Source: an uncultured Clostridiaceae bacterium | GTDB lineage: Bacteria; Bacillota; Clostridia; TANB77; CAG-508 | Assembly (NCBI GenBank): GCA_946628065.1 | Contig: CAMOWC010000002.1 | Span: forward strand, 68,119 to 132,118 | Direction: 5' to 3' | Length of the DNA stretch: 64,000 nt | Part shown: piece after piece, positions 46,144 to 57,125 of the stretch | How positions within the stretch are numbered: position 1 is the stretch's first letter | Layout of the letters: every line of letters begins with the position of its first letter | Position numbers and translations under genes: made by a program | Notes under the pieces: model-generated | Told to the model about the DNA's origin: nothing | The model's database searches: none | What the model saw: the letters and a program-made list of their open reading frames with translations, nothing else

Positions 46144-47352
46144 TTATATTTTCCTTATTTCGTTATATATTCTCTCGCAGTTTTTGTTATCATGTAATTC
46201 GAAGAAACTTTTATGTGCTTCATCAAATTTTGTCGTCATCACTAGATTGTTCTTATAAATTGACTCTAATTCTTCTTCAACTTCTTCCAAAGAATTTTTA
46301 ACTGTACCTAGTCCACTATCCCTATAGCTATAGTATCCCTCTGCATATTGTGCCTCTCTAAATCTTTTTTCATCAAATTGATAATAAATAACAGGCTTCT
46401 TCATATATGCAAAATCTAGTGCAACACTTGAATAATCTGTTATCATTACTGCAGATTCAATCAACAACTGCCTAATATCTGTGTTCTTATTTGTAACAAT
46501 TTTTATTTTCTTGCTACTTGTAGAAAAATCAGATATATATTTTTGCATGTTTCTATGTGGATAAAAATATAATTCTAAATCATTTTCTTCTAGGAATTTA
46601 ATAAGTTTTGGGCTATTAATTAATTCCTGATATTTTTTGTAATACTCTGTATTCGTGAATTTTGAATTGTCTTCATATTTTTTTGAATATTCATTTTTTG
46701 AAGCAATCCACTCTCTCCAACTTGGTATTAATAAGATTTGTTTTTTGTTCACATTTATATTGTGGTAATCATCAAATCTGCAAAATCCTGTGTATGCTAC
46801 ATTCTCTTCTGGGTATTCGAAGTATTTCTTTACATATTCATATTCTGGTTTTGCTCCACATATGAATAAACGCATTTTTGTGTTAGGGTAAAATAGCCAT
46901 GTTGCTTTGTTTATTGTAATTCCGTGTTGTAAAAATATGGATTTATTTTTAATTATTTTTAATTGTTCTAATACATAGCATATTGCTGCATCAGGCTTTC
47001 CTGCCTTTTGAGAACTAATATTATATTTGCAACAAAAATACAATATCCAGTGGAAAAATCCACCATATCTAACTGTTTTTCCTAACGCTTTCACTTTTTC
47101 CAAATCTTTTGATTTGTAGCTAATTGCATAATAGGTTTCCTCTTCTGGATGTTTTTCTCTAAGAAATTTAAAAAAACAATATCCATTATCCCTTGCTTCA
47201 TTTTTGTCTTCACATACTAGCCATATTTTCTTTTTGAAAATACAGGTATATATTTTAAAAAATATTGCAGGAATTATCGACAGAACAAAAACGGGGATTT
47301 CAACAATGTCTTCCATTTTTATATAATTCAATTCGTGTAATATTTTTTTCAT
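46144..47352 (-). CDS. CDP-glycerol glycerophosphotransferase family (TagF-like)
   Basis: FLQHG, TGFCRFD, PSWRE, ITDYSSVALDFAYMKKP. Confidence 0.85.
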   Translation of the reverse strand: MKKILHELNYIKMEDIVEIPVFVLSIIPAIFFKIYTCIFKKKIWLVCEDKNEARDNGYCFFKFLREKHPEEETYYAISYKSKDLEKVKALGKTVRYGGFFHWILYFCCKYNISSQKAGKPDAAICYVLEQLKIIKNKSIFLQHGITINKATWLFYPNTKMRLFICGAKPEYEYVKKYFEYPEENVAYTGFCRFDDYHNINVNKKQILLIPSWREWIASKNEYSKKYEDNSKFTNTEYYKKYQELINSPKLIKFLEENDLELYFYPHRNMQKYISDFSTSSKKIKIVTNKNTDIRQLLIESAVMITDYSSVALDFAYMKKPVIYYQFDEKRFREAQYAEGYYSYRDSGLGTVKNSLEEVEEELESIYKNNLVMTTKFDEAHKSFFELHDNKNCERIYNEIRKI

Positions 47353-48344
47353 TTTTTTATCACTTTCTTAATTATTTTTCCTATTCCAAAAATAGTACCA
47401 ATTCCATAAGATATATGGAATAATGGATATAACACTAAGCATAGAATTTGTCCTACTCCATCTTTGCAAATATGCTTAATTGTATACAATATATCCAGAA
47501 GAATATATAGTCCTACAACTGACAAATATATAAGTGCCAATATATTGTTTTTAGTTATAATTGATAGTAACAATCCTAAAACCAAACCTAACGTAAAAAA
47601 CATTGGAATGAAGTGTCTTAATTTCATAGATCCAGGCATTAAATAGCTTGTATATAATACCCACTTTCCATTTTGGAAAGCCATTTTCATGAGTTTTGAG
47701 ACACTACTGCGTGGATGATAGATTATTGAAATGTCATTAAATAAGTATACCTTTCCTCCATTTTTAATTATTCTATAATTTATTTCATTGTCCTCGCTTC
47801 TAATCAGTTCCTCATTAAAATATCCTATTCTGTCAAAAAGAGATTTCTTAAATGTGCCATATGGGACTGTATCAGTATAGCCACTTTGAGCATTTGTTCT
47901 AAATCCTGAATTTCCAACACCAAATCTTGATTTTAATATATTCTCTATTGCTTTTCCATTTTTTCCTTCACCAACTGTGTCAAACAAGCATCCAACATTG
48001 TCAGCTCCTGTTTTATTCAAGTAATATACGCATTTTGATATATAATTTTCTGGGTATTCGCTATGCGCATCTAGTCTAATTATTATTTCGTACTTAGCTT
48101 CTTTGATTCCCATATTAACAGATATTGGAGTTAGTCTTTTGGGATTATTAATTATCCTATACTGTATATTTGTAGATTCAACAGCTTTATTAAGTAATTC
48201 TATAGTTTTGTCTGTAGAATTGCCATCAACAAATATTACTTCCACATTTTCTAAGTTATAATCCTGTTTTGATATGGATGAAATAAGTTTCTCTATGTGT
48301 TTTTCTTCATTGAATATAGGTATAACAACAGAAACATTGTCCAT
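47349..48344 (-). CDS. glycosyltransferase family 2
   Basis: VVIPIFNEE, VDGNSTD, RLDAH, SEDNE. Confidence 0.88.
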   Translation of the reverse strand: MDNVSVVIPIFNEEKHIEKLISSISKQDYNLENVEVIFVDGNSTDKTIELLNKAVESTNIQYRIINNPKRLTPISVNMGIKEAKYEIIIRLDAHSEYPENYISKCVYYLNKTGADNVGCLFDTVGEGKNGKAIENILKSRFGVGNSGFRTNAQSGYTDTVPYGTFKKSLFDRIGYFNEELIRSEDNEINYRIIKNGGKVYLFNDISIIYHPRSSVSKLMKMAFQNGKWVLYTSYLMPGSMKLRHFIPMFFTLGLVLGLLLSIITKNNILALIYLSVVGLYILLDILYTIKHICKDGVGQILCLVLYPLFHISYGIGTIFGIGKIIKKVIKK

Positions 48345-48356
48345 AACATTTCTCTC

Positions 48357-49055
48357 CTATCTTAACACATTTATCACAGTCTCTACGCATGTTTTAAAGT
48401 CATACCAGACTGAAAATTTGGTTATATATTCTAAATTATATTTCATCTTTTGTGGTAAAACTTCAGTTATATATGTTGTATCTGTATCTTTTCCTTCCTT
48501 AGTTGCACGTTCCAATATTTTGTCTTCATCTTTATATTTTATGCTAGCAATTGAAGTTACACCAGCAGGCATAAGCAAAGTAGATTTCATTTCATCAGTA
48601 TAACAGTCTACATATTTCTTTACCTCTGGTCTTGTTCCAACAAATGTCATTTCGCCTTTTAAAACATTTATTAGTTGTGGAATTTCGTCAAGTCTTATTC
48701 TTCTTATAATTTTTCCTACTCGTGTAATTCTTTTGTCATGCCCAATTGTAACAAGAGTGCCCATTTTATCAGCGTTTTGGACCATGGTTCTAAATTTAAA
48801 TATTTTAAATGTCTTACCATATGTTGTAATTCTTTCCTGTCTATAAAATACTGTCCCTTTAGAATCCAATTTAATAGCTATTGCAACTATTATAAAGAAT
48901 GGCAAAAGTACAATCAATATTACTAAAGAAAAGAACAAGTCAAAAATTCTTTTAAAAAAAAGGCTAGCTTTTTTCTTTGATAAAATATCGTAATATTTTT
49001 TTACTTCTTCATTTTTAAGGTTTTCAGGTAAATCATTCCATTTTTTAAGTATCAT
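48357..49055 (-). CDS. priming sugar transferase
   Basis: KRIFD, KFRTM, RLDEIPQLINVLKGEMTFVGTRP. Confidence 0.9.
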   Translation of the reverse strand: MILKKWNDLPENLKNEEVKKYYDILSKKKASLFFKRIFDLFFSLVILIVLLPFFIIVAIAIKLDSKGTVFYRQERITTYGKTFKIFKFRTMVQNADKMGTLVTIGHDKRITRVGKIIRRIRLDEIPQLINVLKGEMTFVGTRPEVKKYVDCYTDEMKSTLLMPAGVTSIASIKYKDEDKILERATKEGKDTDTTYITEVLPQKMKYNLEYITKFSVWYDFKTCVETVINVLR

Positions 49056-50257
49056 TACATCTCACCTAAAATTTCTTTGTAATTTTCAATAACATAATCT
49101 ACATCTTCATCTTTTAAGATACTATAAAGTGGAAGTGTAATTTCATTTTCAAAATAGTTATAAGCATTTGGATAGTTCTTTATATCAAATCCTAAGTTTT
49201 TATACGCTGTAAGCATTGGTAATGGTTTATAATGTACATTTGTAGCTATTCCTCTTTCAGCCATTTTAACTATAATTTCATTTCTTTTCTCTAGTGAAAT
49301 TCCATTTACTCTAGTTATATATAAGTGGCCTGATGAAGTGCTATTTGGAGTTTCATGAGGTAGTACCTGTACTTCTAAATTCTTCAGAGCGTCGTTGTAT
49401 TTTTTTATTATTTCGTGTCTTCTTTCAACAAGTGAATTATATCTTTTAAGTTGGACTAGTCCAAGTGCCGCATTAATATCTGTCATATTACATTTATATG
49501 CTGGCTCTAGAATATCATATTCCCATGCTCCCAATTTTGTTTTAGCAAGTGCATCTTTTGTTTGTCCATGTAGCGATAATATTTGGAATCTTTTATAAAT
49601 TGCTTCATCATCTAGCCCTAAGTCTTTTCTCCATGTTACTGCTCCGCCTTCAGCCGTAGTTAGGTTTTTAACTGCATGAAATGAAAAAGTCGTAAAGTCT
49701 GCAATTTCGCCTGCCATTTTGCCATTTCTTTTAGCTCCTATGCCATGTGCGCAATCAGCAACCACAATAATTCTACCAAATTGTTTTTGAATTTCATTTT
49801 TAGGGCTAAATAACTTAGCCTTATTTTTAACTATTTCAAATACTTTGTCATAATCACAAAGTACTCCACCAATATCAACAGGAATAATAACTTTTGTTTT
49901 ATCTGTGATTAGTTTTTCTACTTTATCATAATCCATCTCAAAATGGTCTTTTTGAATATCTACCATAATAGGTGTAGCACCCACATGATATATAGGGCTA
50001 CAGCTAGCAGTATATGTATAGGCAGGTACAATTACTTCATCGCCTGGTCCTATTCCTAAAAGTCTTAGAGTAAGTTCTAATGCAGCAGTTGCTGAATTTA
50101 AAGCTACTGCTTTATTAGTGTTGCAATACTCTGCAATTTTGTTTTCAAAAAGCTTTGTTTTTGGTCCTGTAGTAATCCACCCTGATTTCAAACTATCAAT
50201 TACTTCGTCAATTTCTTCTTCTCCAATGTCTGGAGGTGAAAAAGGTATTTTTTTCAA
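49055..50257 (-). CDS. DegT/DnrJ/EryC1/StrS aminotransferase
   Basis: SGWITTGP, DCAHG, FSFHAVKNLTTAEGG; TTG start. Confidence 0.9.
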   Translation of the reverse strand: MKKIPFSPPDIGEEEIDEVIDSLKSGWITTGPKTKLFENKIAEYCNTNKAVALNSATAALELTLRLLGIGPGDEVIVPAYTYTASCSPIYHVGATPIMVDIQKDHFEMDYDKVEKLITDKTKVIIPVDIGGVLCDYDKVFEIVKNKAKLFSPKNEIQKQFGRIIVVADCAHGIGAKRNGKMAGEIADFTTFSFHAVKNLTTAEGGAVTWRKDLGLDDEAIYKRFQILSLHGQTKDALAKTKLGAWEYDILEPAYKCNMTDINAALGLVQLKRYNSLVERRHEIIKKYNDALKNLEVQVLPHETPNSTSSGHLYITRVNGISLEKRNEIIVKMAERGIATNVHYKPLPMLTAYKNLGFDIKNYPNAYNYFENEITLPLYSILKDEDVDYVIENYKEILGEM

Positions 50258-50732
50258 TTTAATTCCTTCTTTCTTTTTTGATATATTTTTTTAATTATGT
50301 AGCTGACTGTCACTCCTAAAATTACTCCTAATGTATCTATAACTACATCTCTTAATTCCCCGACTCCTTCCGCGGTATAAACATTTGATGTATCTCATCT
50401 GTCATAGCATACAATGAACCAGCTACAATTGAAAATGTTAGCTTTTTGTTATTGCTTAAACCATATAGTCTAAAGTTTAAAAACAATATTATTCCACCTA
50501 TTGTATAAAGTGTAAAATGAGCTAGTTTTCTTGCAATAGGTTGTAAATTTGCAACTATCTCTTCCTTCTCAGTTGCTTCCATATTTCTTATACTTGGTAT
50601 TAAATTAATAATAGCTCTTATAGTCTTTCCACTCGTCCCACTTGATGCATCACTAGGTTCATTTGAAAGGAAAAATACAGTCATCATCCAAATAATTAGT
50701 AATACAAAATATACTATTTTCTTAATTTTCAA
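50254..50732 (-). CDS. VanZ family protein (two +1 shifts: CGGA 50372-50369, CGGG 50362-50359)
   Basis: RKLAHF, TDEIHQMFIP|GRS|GELRDVVIDTLG; corrected stop overlaps the next gene's TTG start. Confidence 0.88.
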
Positions 50733-52632
50733 TTTTATTTACTTCCTCTGGGTTTTTATATGTTGGTACTACTTCTTTCATGGTTTGTTTAACAACGTCT
50801 CTTGAGAAGTTGTCATCATACTCAAGTTTTCTAAGCATATCTAGCTTTCTTTCTAATTCATTTATTTCAAAGTGCATTGGCTTTGATACAAATATTTTGT
50901 TATGCTTTGTTGCACTTAAGCCTTCTTCAGACATAAGTAATTCTTCGTAAAGTTTTTCGCCTGGTCTTAATCCTGTTATTTTAATTGGTATGTCTACATC
51001 AGGTTCTAGGCCAGAAAGTTTTATTAATGAAACTGCTAAATCATAAATTTTAACTGGTTGTCCCATATCTAAAACAAATATTTCTCCACCTTCTGCATAT
51101 GTAGCCGCTTGGAGAATTAATTGAACAGCTTCTGGTATTGTCATGAAAAATCTCGTAATGTCTTTATGAGTAACAGTTACTGGTCCACCATTCGCAATCT
51201 GCTTTTTAAATAAAGGTATAACAGATCCATTACTTCCTAAAACATTGCCAAATCTAACTGCTGCAAATTCAGTTTTACTTGTTTTATCAATAGCCTGTAT
51301 AATCATCTCACATACACGTTTTGAAGCACCCATTATGTTTGTCGGATTTACTGCTTTGTCTGTAGAAATAAGTATAAATCTTTTTACATTAAATTTGCTT
51401 GCACAGCATGCAGTATTGTATGTTCCAAATATGTTGTTTTTTATTGCTTCTAATGGATTATTTTCCATAAGTGGCACGTGTTTATGCGCTGCAGCATGGA
51501 ATACCAAACCTGGTTTGTATTCTGTAAATACTTCTTCCATCCTTTTTTTATCTCTTACAGAAGCAATAACTGCTTCTATTTTCTCATCTGGATAATTAGC
51601 TTTTAACTCAAGCTCTATGTTATATAAATTGTTTTCATAAATATCGAGAATAACTAGTTGTTTTGGGTGGAATTTTATAATCTGCCTGCAAAGTTCTGAT
51701 CCAATTGAACCTCCTCCACCTGTTACTAGTACAACCTCATTTTCTATTAGTGAATTAATGTCATTATTATCTAAAACAATAGCATCTCTTCCAAGCAAGT
51801 CCTCTATTTCAACATCACGCATACTCTGCATAATGTTTTTGCCCTTGATTATATCTACAGTACTAGGAAGAATTCTTATTTTTGCTCCTGTTTCTTGGCA
51901 TATATTTAATATTTCTTTTTTATCTTTGTTATCGATTGCCGATATTGAGAAGAAGATAACGTCAACCCCGTAGCTTCTGCATATTTCTTTTATTTTATAT
52001 CTATTTCCAAGTATTCTTATCCCTGAAATTGCATAATTTATTTTTGTCTTATCGTCATCAATAATTCCAACAATATTATATGTCCTCTGCATATTGGTTT
52101 TTAATGTTTTAATGATATCCCTTGTTGCATTTCCACCGCCTATTATTAATAAGTTCTTTCTTGTTGTCATGTTGATAATCTTAGCGTTATGTACAATATT
52201 GTCTGTGAAAACAAGTCTTATAATTAGCCTGTAAGTTATCATAAATACAGAAATTAGAACCCCTGTAAGTAGGTTTGATCTTGGCCCCATAATGTCAATT
52301 TTGAAGATATTTCCAAGCATTGAAACAATTACACACGAAACCATGCATCCGAAGCCATATACTAGGTAGTCTTTCCCATTTTCATATCTGATTATGTTCT
52401 TATAGCAATCAAACAATGTCAGAAACAGTTGATATACAACAATTGCCAGCAAAACTGTATTTAAAAATATTTGCCTATCTGAGCTTGTAAAAATTGCTAG
52501 TGTTTCACTTTTAAATAATTCAACAAATGCATACGCAATTATTAAAAGAAAAATATCGATTATTCTAATAAAAACAATTCTATGTCTTTTCATAAAGTCC
52601 AATATGTCTGCTTTACTCACTTTTAATCTCAC
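50722..52632 (-). CDS. polysaccharide biosynthesis UDP-sugar 4,6-dehydratase (CapD/PglF-like)
   Basis: TGGGGSIGSELCRQ, HAAAHKHVP, STDKAVNP, RFGNVLGSNGSV. Confidence 0.92.
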   Translation of the reverse strand: MRLKVSKADILDFMKRHRIVFIRIIDIFLLIIAYAFVELFKSETLAIFTSSDRQIFLNTVLLAIVVYQLFLTLFDCYKNIIRYENGKDYLVYGFGCMVSCVIVSMLGNIFKIDIMGPRSNLLTGVLISVFMITYRLIIRLVFTDNIVHNAKIINMTTRKNLLIIGGGNATRDIIKTLKTNMQRTYNIVGIIDDDKTKINYAISGIRILGNRYKIKEICRSYGVDVIFFSISAIDNKDKKEILNICQETGAKIRILPSTVDIIKGKNIMQSMRDVEIEDLLGRDAIVLDNNDINSLIENEVVLVTGGGGSIGSELCRQIIKFHPKQLVILDIYENNLYNIELELKANYPDEKIEAVIASVRDKKRMEEVFTEYKPGLVFHAAAHKHVPLMENNPLEAIKNNIFGTYNTACCASKFNVKRFILISTDKAVNPTNIMGASKRVCEMIIQAIDKTSKTEFAAVRFGNVLGSNGSVIPLFKKQIANGGPVTVTHKDITRFFMTIPEAVQLILQAATYAEGGEIFVLDMGQPVKIYDLAVSLIKLSGLEPDVDIPIKITGLRPGEKLYEELLMSEEGLSATKHNKIFVSKPMHFEINELERKLDMLRKLEYDDNFSRDVVKQTMKEVVPTYKNPEEVNKIEN

Positions 52633-52692
52633 CTTATTTCTTATTTTAACCTCTCTATTATATATGTTTAATGTGTATATTGCAACATTTTA

Positions 52693-54400
52693 TTACATTT
52701 TTTCTGGCATGTTTATCCCAAGTAATCCGTGCTCCTGTTTTTAAAACTAAGTTACATGCATATGTTAAATATAGTCTTGCATCTTGCACATTTTTTTCTT
52801 CTCCTATAATGCGGTGTTCATTATAGAATGTACTGAAACATGAACTTAGGTCGATTAAATATCTTGCAAGTATTGATGGTTCATTTTTATCTGCTGTATC
52901 TCTAAGTGTTTGCACGAATTCATAGAGTTTCTTTAGTAGCTGTATAGATTCGTTGTCTGATAGCTTGTCTGTATCTATTTCATCTATTTGTGGTAGCATG
53001 GCTTTCTCTAATATGCTTTTGGTCCTAACGTACATATATTGGATATAAGGGCCTGTTTCTCCGTTAAAGTTTAATACTTGATTCCAATCAAAAATTTCGT
53101 CTTTAATTCTATTATTTGAAAGGTCATTAAATATAATTGCTCCTACTCCAACTTTTTTTGCTACGTCATCTTTGTTCTCTAGGTCCGGATTCTTTTTTTC
53201 TATAATTTCTTTTGCCCTGGAAACAGCTTCGTTTAATAGATCTTCAAGCTTTACAACATTTCCCTCACGAGTTGACATTTTCCCTGTTGTTAGATGAATC
53301 ATTCCAAATGGCACATGTATTAAATTATCAGTATATTTTTTATCTAGTCCTAGTAATTTTGCTACTTCAAAAACTTGTTTAAAGTGTAGTGATTGTTCAT
53401 ATGATGTAACATAAATTGCTTTTGAATAATCATATGTCCTTGCTCTATAAAGAATTGCAGCTAAATCTCTTGTTGCATATGTAGTAGAGCCATTAGATTT
53501 AATAATTAAGCATGGTGCAATATTTTGCTCATCTAGCTTTATTACTTTTGCTCCTTCAGATTCTACTAATTTTCCTGTTGAATCAAGCTTTTCTATTACT
53601 TCTCCCATCTTGTCTGAATAAAATGCTTCTCCATTATATGAGTCAAATTTACTGCCAAGCATGTCATATACTTTTTTAAATTCTTCTAGGCTAAGACTTC
53701 TGAATTCATTCCAGAGTTTAGTACAATATTCGTCTCCATCTTCTAATTTCTTAAAATTGTTTCTGCATTCTTCTAAAACGCTTTCATCTTCTTTACATAG
53801 TTCATTTATTCTTACATATATTTTTGTTAGCTCATCAATAGGGTTGTTCTTTATGTCATATTCATTTCCCCATCTTTTATAGCCTTCTATAAGTTTTCCA
53901 AATTGGGTTCCATAATCTCCTATATGATTAATCCCTACCGTATTGTATCCTAAAAAATTATAGATATTATACAATGCTCCTCCTATTACTGTTGAACGCA
54001 AATGTCCTATATGAAATGGCTTTGCAATGTTTGGAGAAGAATAATCTATTACAATAGTTTGTCCATTTCCTATGGTTTGGCTTCCATAGTTTTCGTTTTT
54101 TTCTTCTATTTCTCTTAATACTGTATTAGCTAAGTTTTTCTTGTTTATGTATATATTTAAATATCCTCCAACAATATCTATTTTATCTATTATTTCGCTA
54201 TCTACTACAATATTGTCCTTTATTTCTTGTGCAATAATTGGTGGAGCTTTTTTTAGCTCTTTAGCAAGTTTAAAACAAGGAAATGCATAATCTCCTAAAT
54301 TAGCATCTGGCGGAATTTCTATAAAACTTTCTAAAATTTTGCTATCAATATTAGTCACTTTTTCTATCGCTTCAGCAATTTTTTTCTTATAGTCGGTCAT
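52693..54400 (-). CDS. argS: arginyl-tRNA synthetase (+1 shift at CGGA 52729-52726)
   Basis: SPNIAKPFHIGHLRS, KMSTREG, GETGPYIQY; canonical end GLLGINMPEKM* only in the +1 frame. Confidence 0.95.
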
Positions 54401-54461
54401 ATTTAATCCTCCTCAAATTTAACAGATATATTATATATTTTGTTCATAGAAAAGTCAACAT

Positions 54462-54589
54462 TGGGGACGTTTCCCAAAGGGGGATTTTTCCCCCTTTGGG
54501 GACAGGTTCAAACCAATGTGGTCAAGAGGGACGGTTCTAATCATTTCACTTTTCTTCCAAAAGTGAAATGATTAGAACCGTCCCTCTTG
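54462..54589. repeat. two REP-like palindromic elements
   Basis: 54462-54507 resembles the left arm of the 60108 element; 54523-54589 is a perfect 31-bp inverted repeat containing GGGACGGTTCT/AGAACCGTCCC. Confidence 0.85.
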
Positions 54590-54599
54590 TTTCAGCTAT

Positions 54600-55739
54600 T
54601 TAATCTCCTAAACATATTCCTATATTTCTTGCCGTTTTTACTAAATCATCATCCATTGTAACTAATCTAACATTACTTTCCGCTGTTCCTCCCTGCACTG
54701 CTCCAACTTGTTTATTATTTCCTACAACCTCTTCTAATGGTACATAGCTTAATTTTCCATTTTTTAATACTGTAAGCACATTAAACACACCATCTAAAGC
54801 AAGCTCCATAGCTTTTGCTCCATACTTTGTAGATAATACTCTATCAAATGATGTTGGAGTTCCTCCTCTTTGCATATATCCTAGCGTTGTGTTTCTAGTA
54901 ACTAGTCCTGTTAGCTTTTCAAGTTCTTGAGCCACTCTTTCTCCGGCTCCTCCAAGTTGTGCATTTATAACGCCAGCTCCACCATCACGTGTAGCTTTTA
55001 CTGCCATTGTGCCTCCTTTAGGTCTAGCTCCTTCTCCTACTACTACAACACTAAAGTTTTTGCCCATAGCTTGTCTTTTCTTTATTGCATCTGCGACTTT
55101 GTTTATATCATAAGGAATTTCAGGTATTATAGCTACATCTGCTCCACCAGCAATGGCTGATTCTAAGGCAATCCATCCTGCATATCTTCCCATAACTTCC
55201 AAGCACATTATTCTGTTATGAGTCTCTGCTGTTGTATGTAGCCTATCAATTGCATCAGTTGCTACAGATACTGCTGTGTTATATCCAAAAGTAATATCTG
55301 TGCACGCAACGTCGTTGTCAATTGTTTTAGGCACCCCAATTACTTTAAGTCCTCTTAAAGTAAAGTCTCTGGCAGACTTTTGCGTACTATCTCCACCCAA
55401 TGTAAATATACAATCTATCTCATCTTCTTTTACATTTTGAACACATTTTTCTGATAAATCTTGATATGTTACGTTTCCATTTTCATCTACAACTTTATAA
55501 TTAAATACGTTAGCATTCAATGATGATCCTATAATTGATCCACCTTTATGCAAGATTCCTGAAGCATTATCTGCTGTACTTAGTTTTACATAGTTGTTTT
55601 TGAGTAACCCATTGTATCCGTCAATAAACCCTAAACACTCTACATTGTTTTCTTCTGCCGTTTTAACTATAGCTCTAATTACTGCATTAAATCCTGAAAC
55701 ATCTCCACCATTTGCTAATATAGCTACTCTCTTCAACAT
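54600..55739 (-). CDS. pfkA: 6-phosphofructokinase
   Basis: GGDVSGFNAVIR, GVPKTIDND, EVMGRYAGW, LGYMQRGG. Confidence 0.9.
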   Translation of the reverse strand: MLKRVAILANGGDVSGFNAVIRAIVKTAEENNVECLGFIDGYNGLLKNNYVKLSTADNASGILHKGGSIIGSSLNANVFNYKVVDENGNVTYQDLSEKCVQNVKEDEIDCIFTLGGDSTQKSARDFTLRGLKVIGVPKTIDNDVACTDITFGYNTAVSVATDAIDRLHTTAETHNRIMCLEVMGRYAGWIALESAIAGGADVAIIPEIPYDINKVADAIKKRQAMGKNFSVVVVGEGARPKGGTMAVKATRDGGAGVINAQLGGAGERVAQELEKLTGLVTRNTTLGYMQRGGTPTSFDRVLSTKYGAKAMELALDGVFNVLTVLKNGKLSYVPLEEVVGNNKQVGAVQGGTAESNVRLVTMDDDLVKTARNIGICLGD

Positions 55740-55858
55740 AAAAAACCTCCTAAAAATATATTTGAAAAATATAAAGTTATTATATAGGTATCTTTATTTT
55801 TTTTCAATACATTTTAAAAAAATACTTTTTTATGCGTGGAAACCCATCGTAATTAATT

Positions 55859-56495
55859 TTATTTGTTTGCAATATGTATGTTTTCTATCTCTGCACTAAG
55901 TTCCCTTGATATAATATTTTGTATTTGAGCCACCTCTGTTTGAGTTATCTCTTTACTTTCAACTACTGCATTTATGCTATCTCCATTAACAAGAATTACT
56001 ACATTTTTAAAGCCTTTAGTTTTTATTATATTTTCAGCAATCATTATTGCATTTTTTAAATTGTTTATTTTCGTAATTTCATTTTGTGCAATTGCTTTTT
56101 GTTCTGCCGTAATATTACTTGAATCTATCATTTTTTGATAACTCTCAATTATCTGTGAATACATGTTGTCTCTATCTAACTTTGAATTAGTAAAATATTC
56201 ATCAGAAGATTCTTTAGCCTGGTTTTCTGTTGCCCTTGTTCTTTGTAGCTCTTCAGGTTCTATTTTCTCTTGTCCCGCTTCTTCATTACTGGTTACAGAA
56301 TCAATAATGTTTTCATTTTCTGATATAATAGGTTCGTCTATGATTCCGAGTACTAACAAACGTGGCATCCCCAATCGTATCAGTGCTTGTATGGATTAAA
56401 TTTGCATCATTTTGCATAAAGTTTAAATACCCTGCTGTAACTAGCATTAAAGCAATGACAAAAATAACCACTTGATTTCTTTTTAAAACTTTCAT
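55859..56495 (-). CDS. spoIIIAH: stage III sporulation protein AH (+1 shift at CGGA 56348-56345)
   Basis: KRNQVVIFVIALMLVTAGYLN...GDATFVST|GIIDEP...YFTNSKLDRD; about 211 aa. Confidence 0.87.
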
Positions 56496-56512
56496 TTTAT
56501 ATCCTCCTTTTT

Positions 56513-57124
56513 TTATATTTGCATAGTAAAGACTTGGATTTTGTGTGTTGCAAGTCCTGTTGCTGCTTCAACAGCTTGAATAATGTTAGCCTTTATTTCT
56601 GCACTTTTAGCCCCCTCAGCAATAATTATTGCCCCCTCTAATTTTGGTAAAATTGTCTTTGTAGTAACAGGAATTTTGCTTCCTCCTTCGTCTTTATATA
56701 TTACCTCTTTAGAACTATCGGTTTCTATTATTTTCCTTGTTCCTCCTCCAGAATCCGCTTCTTCTGTTGAACTTTCTTTTGTATTTTCATTATACATAGC
56801 AACCACTTCACTAGTTGTAGAATATGTAACAAGTACATCTGTTTTCCCAACCCCCTCTATTTTGCATAATATGTTTTTAAGCTTGTTTTCTAAGCTTTCT
56901 TGCATAGAAATATTGTCATTTTTGGCATCTTCCGTTTGCTGTGCCACATAGTTAATAGGAAACTGATCATCTTCATTTTTAGTGTTATCCTCTTTTAATA
57001 TCGTATTTATAGCTATTATTGTAACTATAAGTATTATTAAAAAAACAACTAAATTTTCAATATTCTTTTTATCGCCTTTTTCCTTTTGCTTATTGACAAG
57101 TGCTTTTACTTTTTCTTGTAACAT
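56513..57124 (-). CDS. spoIIIAG: stage III sporulation protein AG
   Basis: KIEGVGKTDV, PKLEGAIIIAEGA, HKIQVF. Confidence 0.88.
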   Translation of the reverse strand: MLQEKVKALVNKQKEKGDKKNIENLVVFLIILIVTIIAINTILKEDNTKNEDDQFPINYVAQQTEDAKNDNISMQESLENKLKNILCKIEGVGKTDVLVTYSTTSEVVAMYNENTKESSTEEADSGGGTRKIIETDSSKEVIYKDEGGSKIPVTTKTILPKLEGAIIIAEGAKSAEIKANIIQAVEAATGLATHKIQVFTMQI

Positions 57125-57125
57125 A

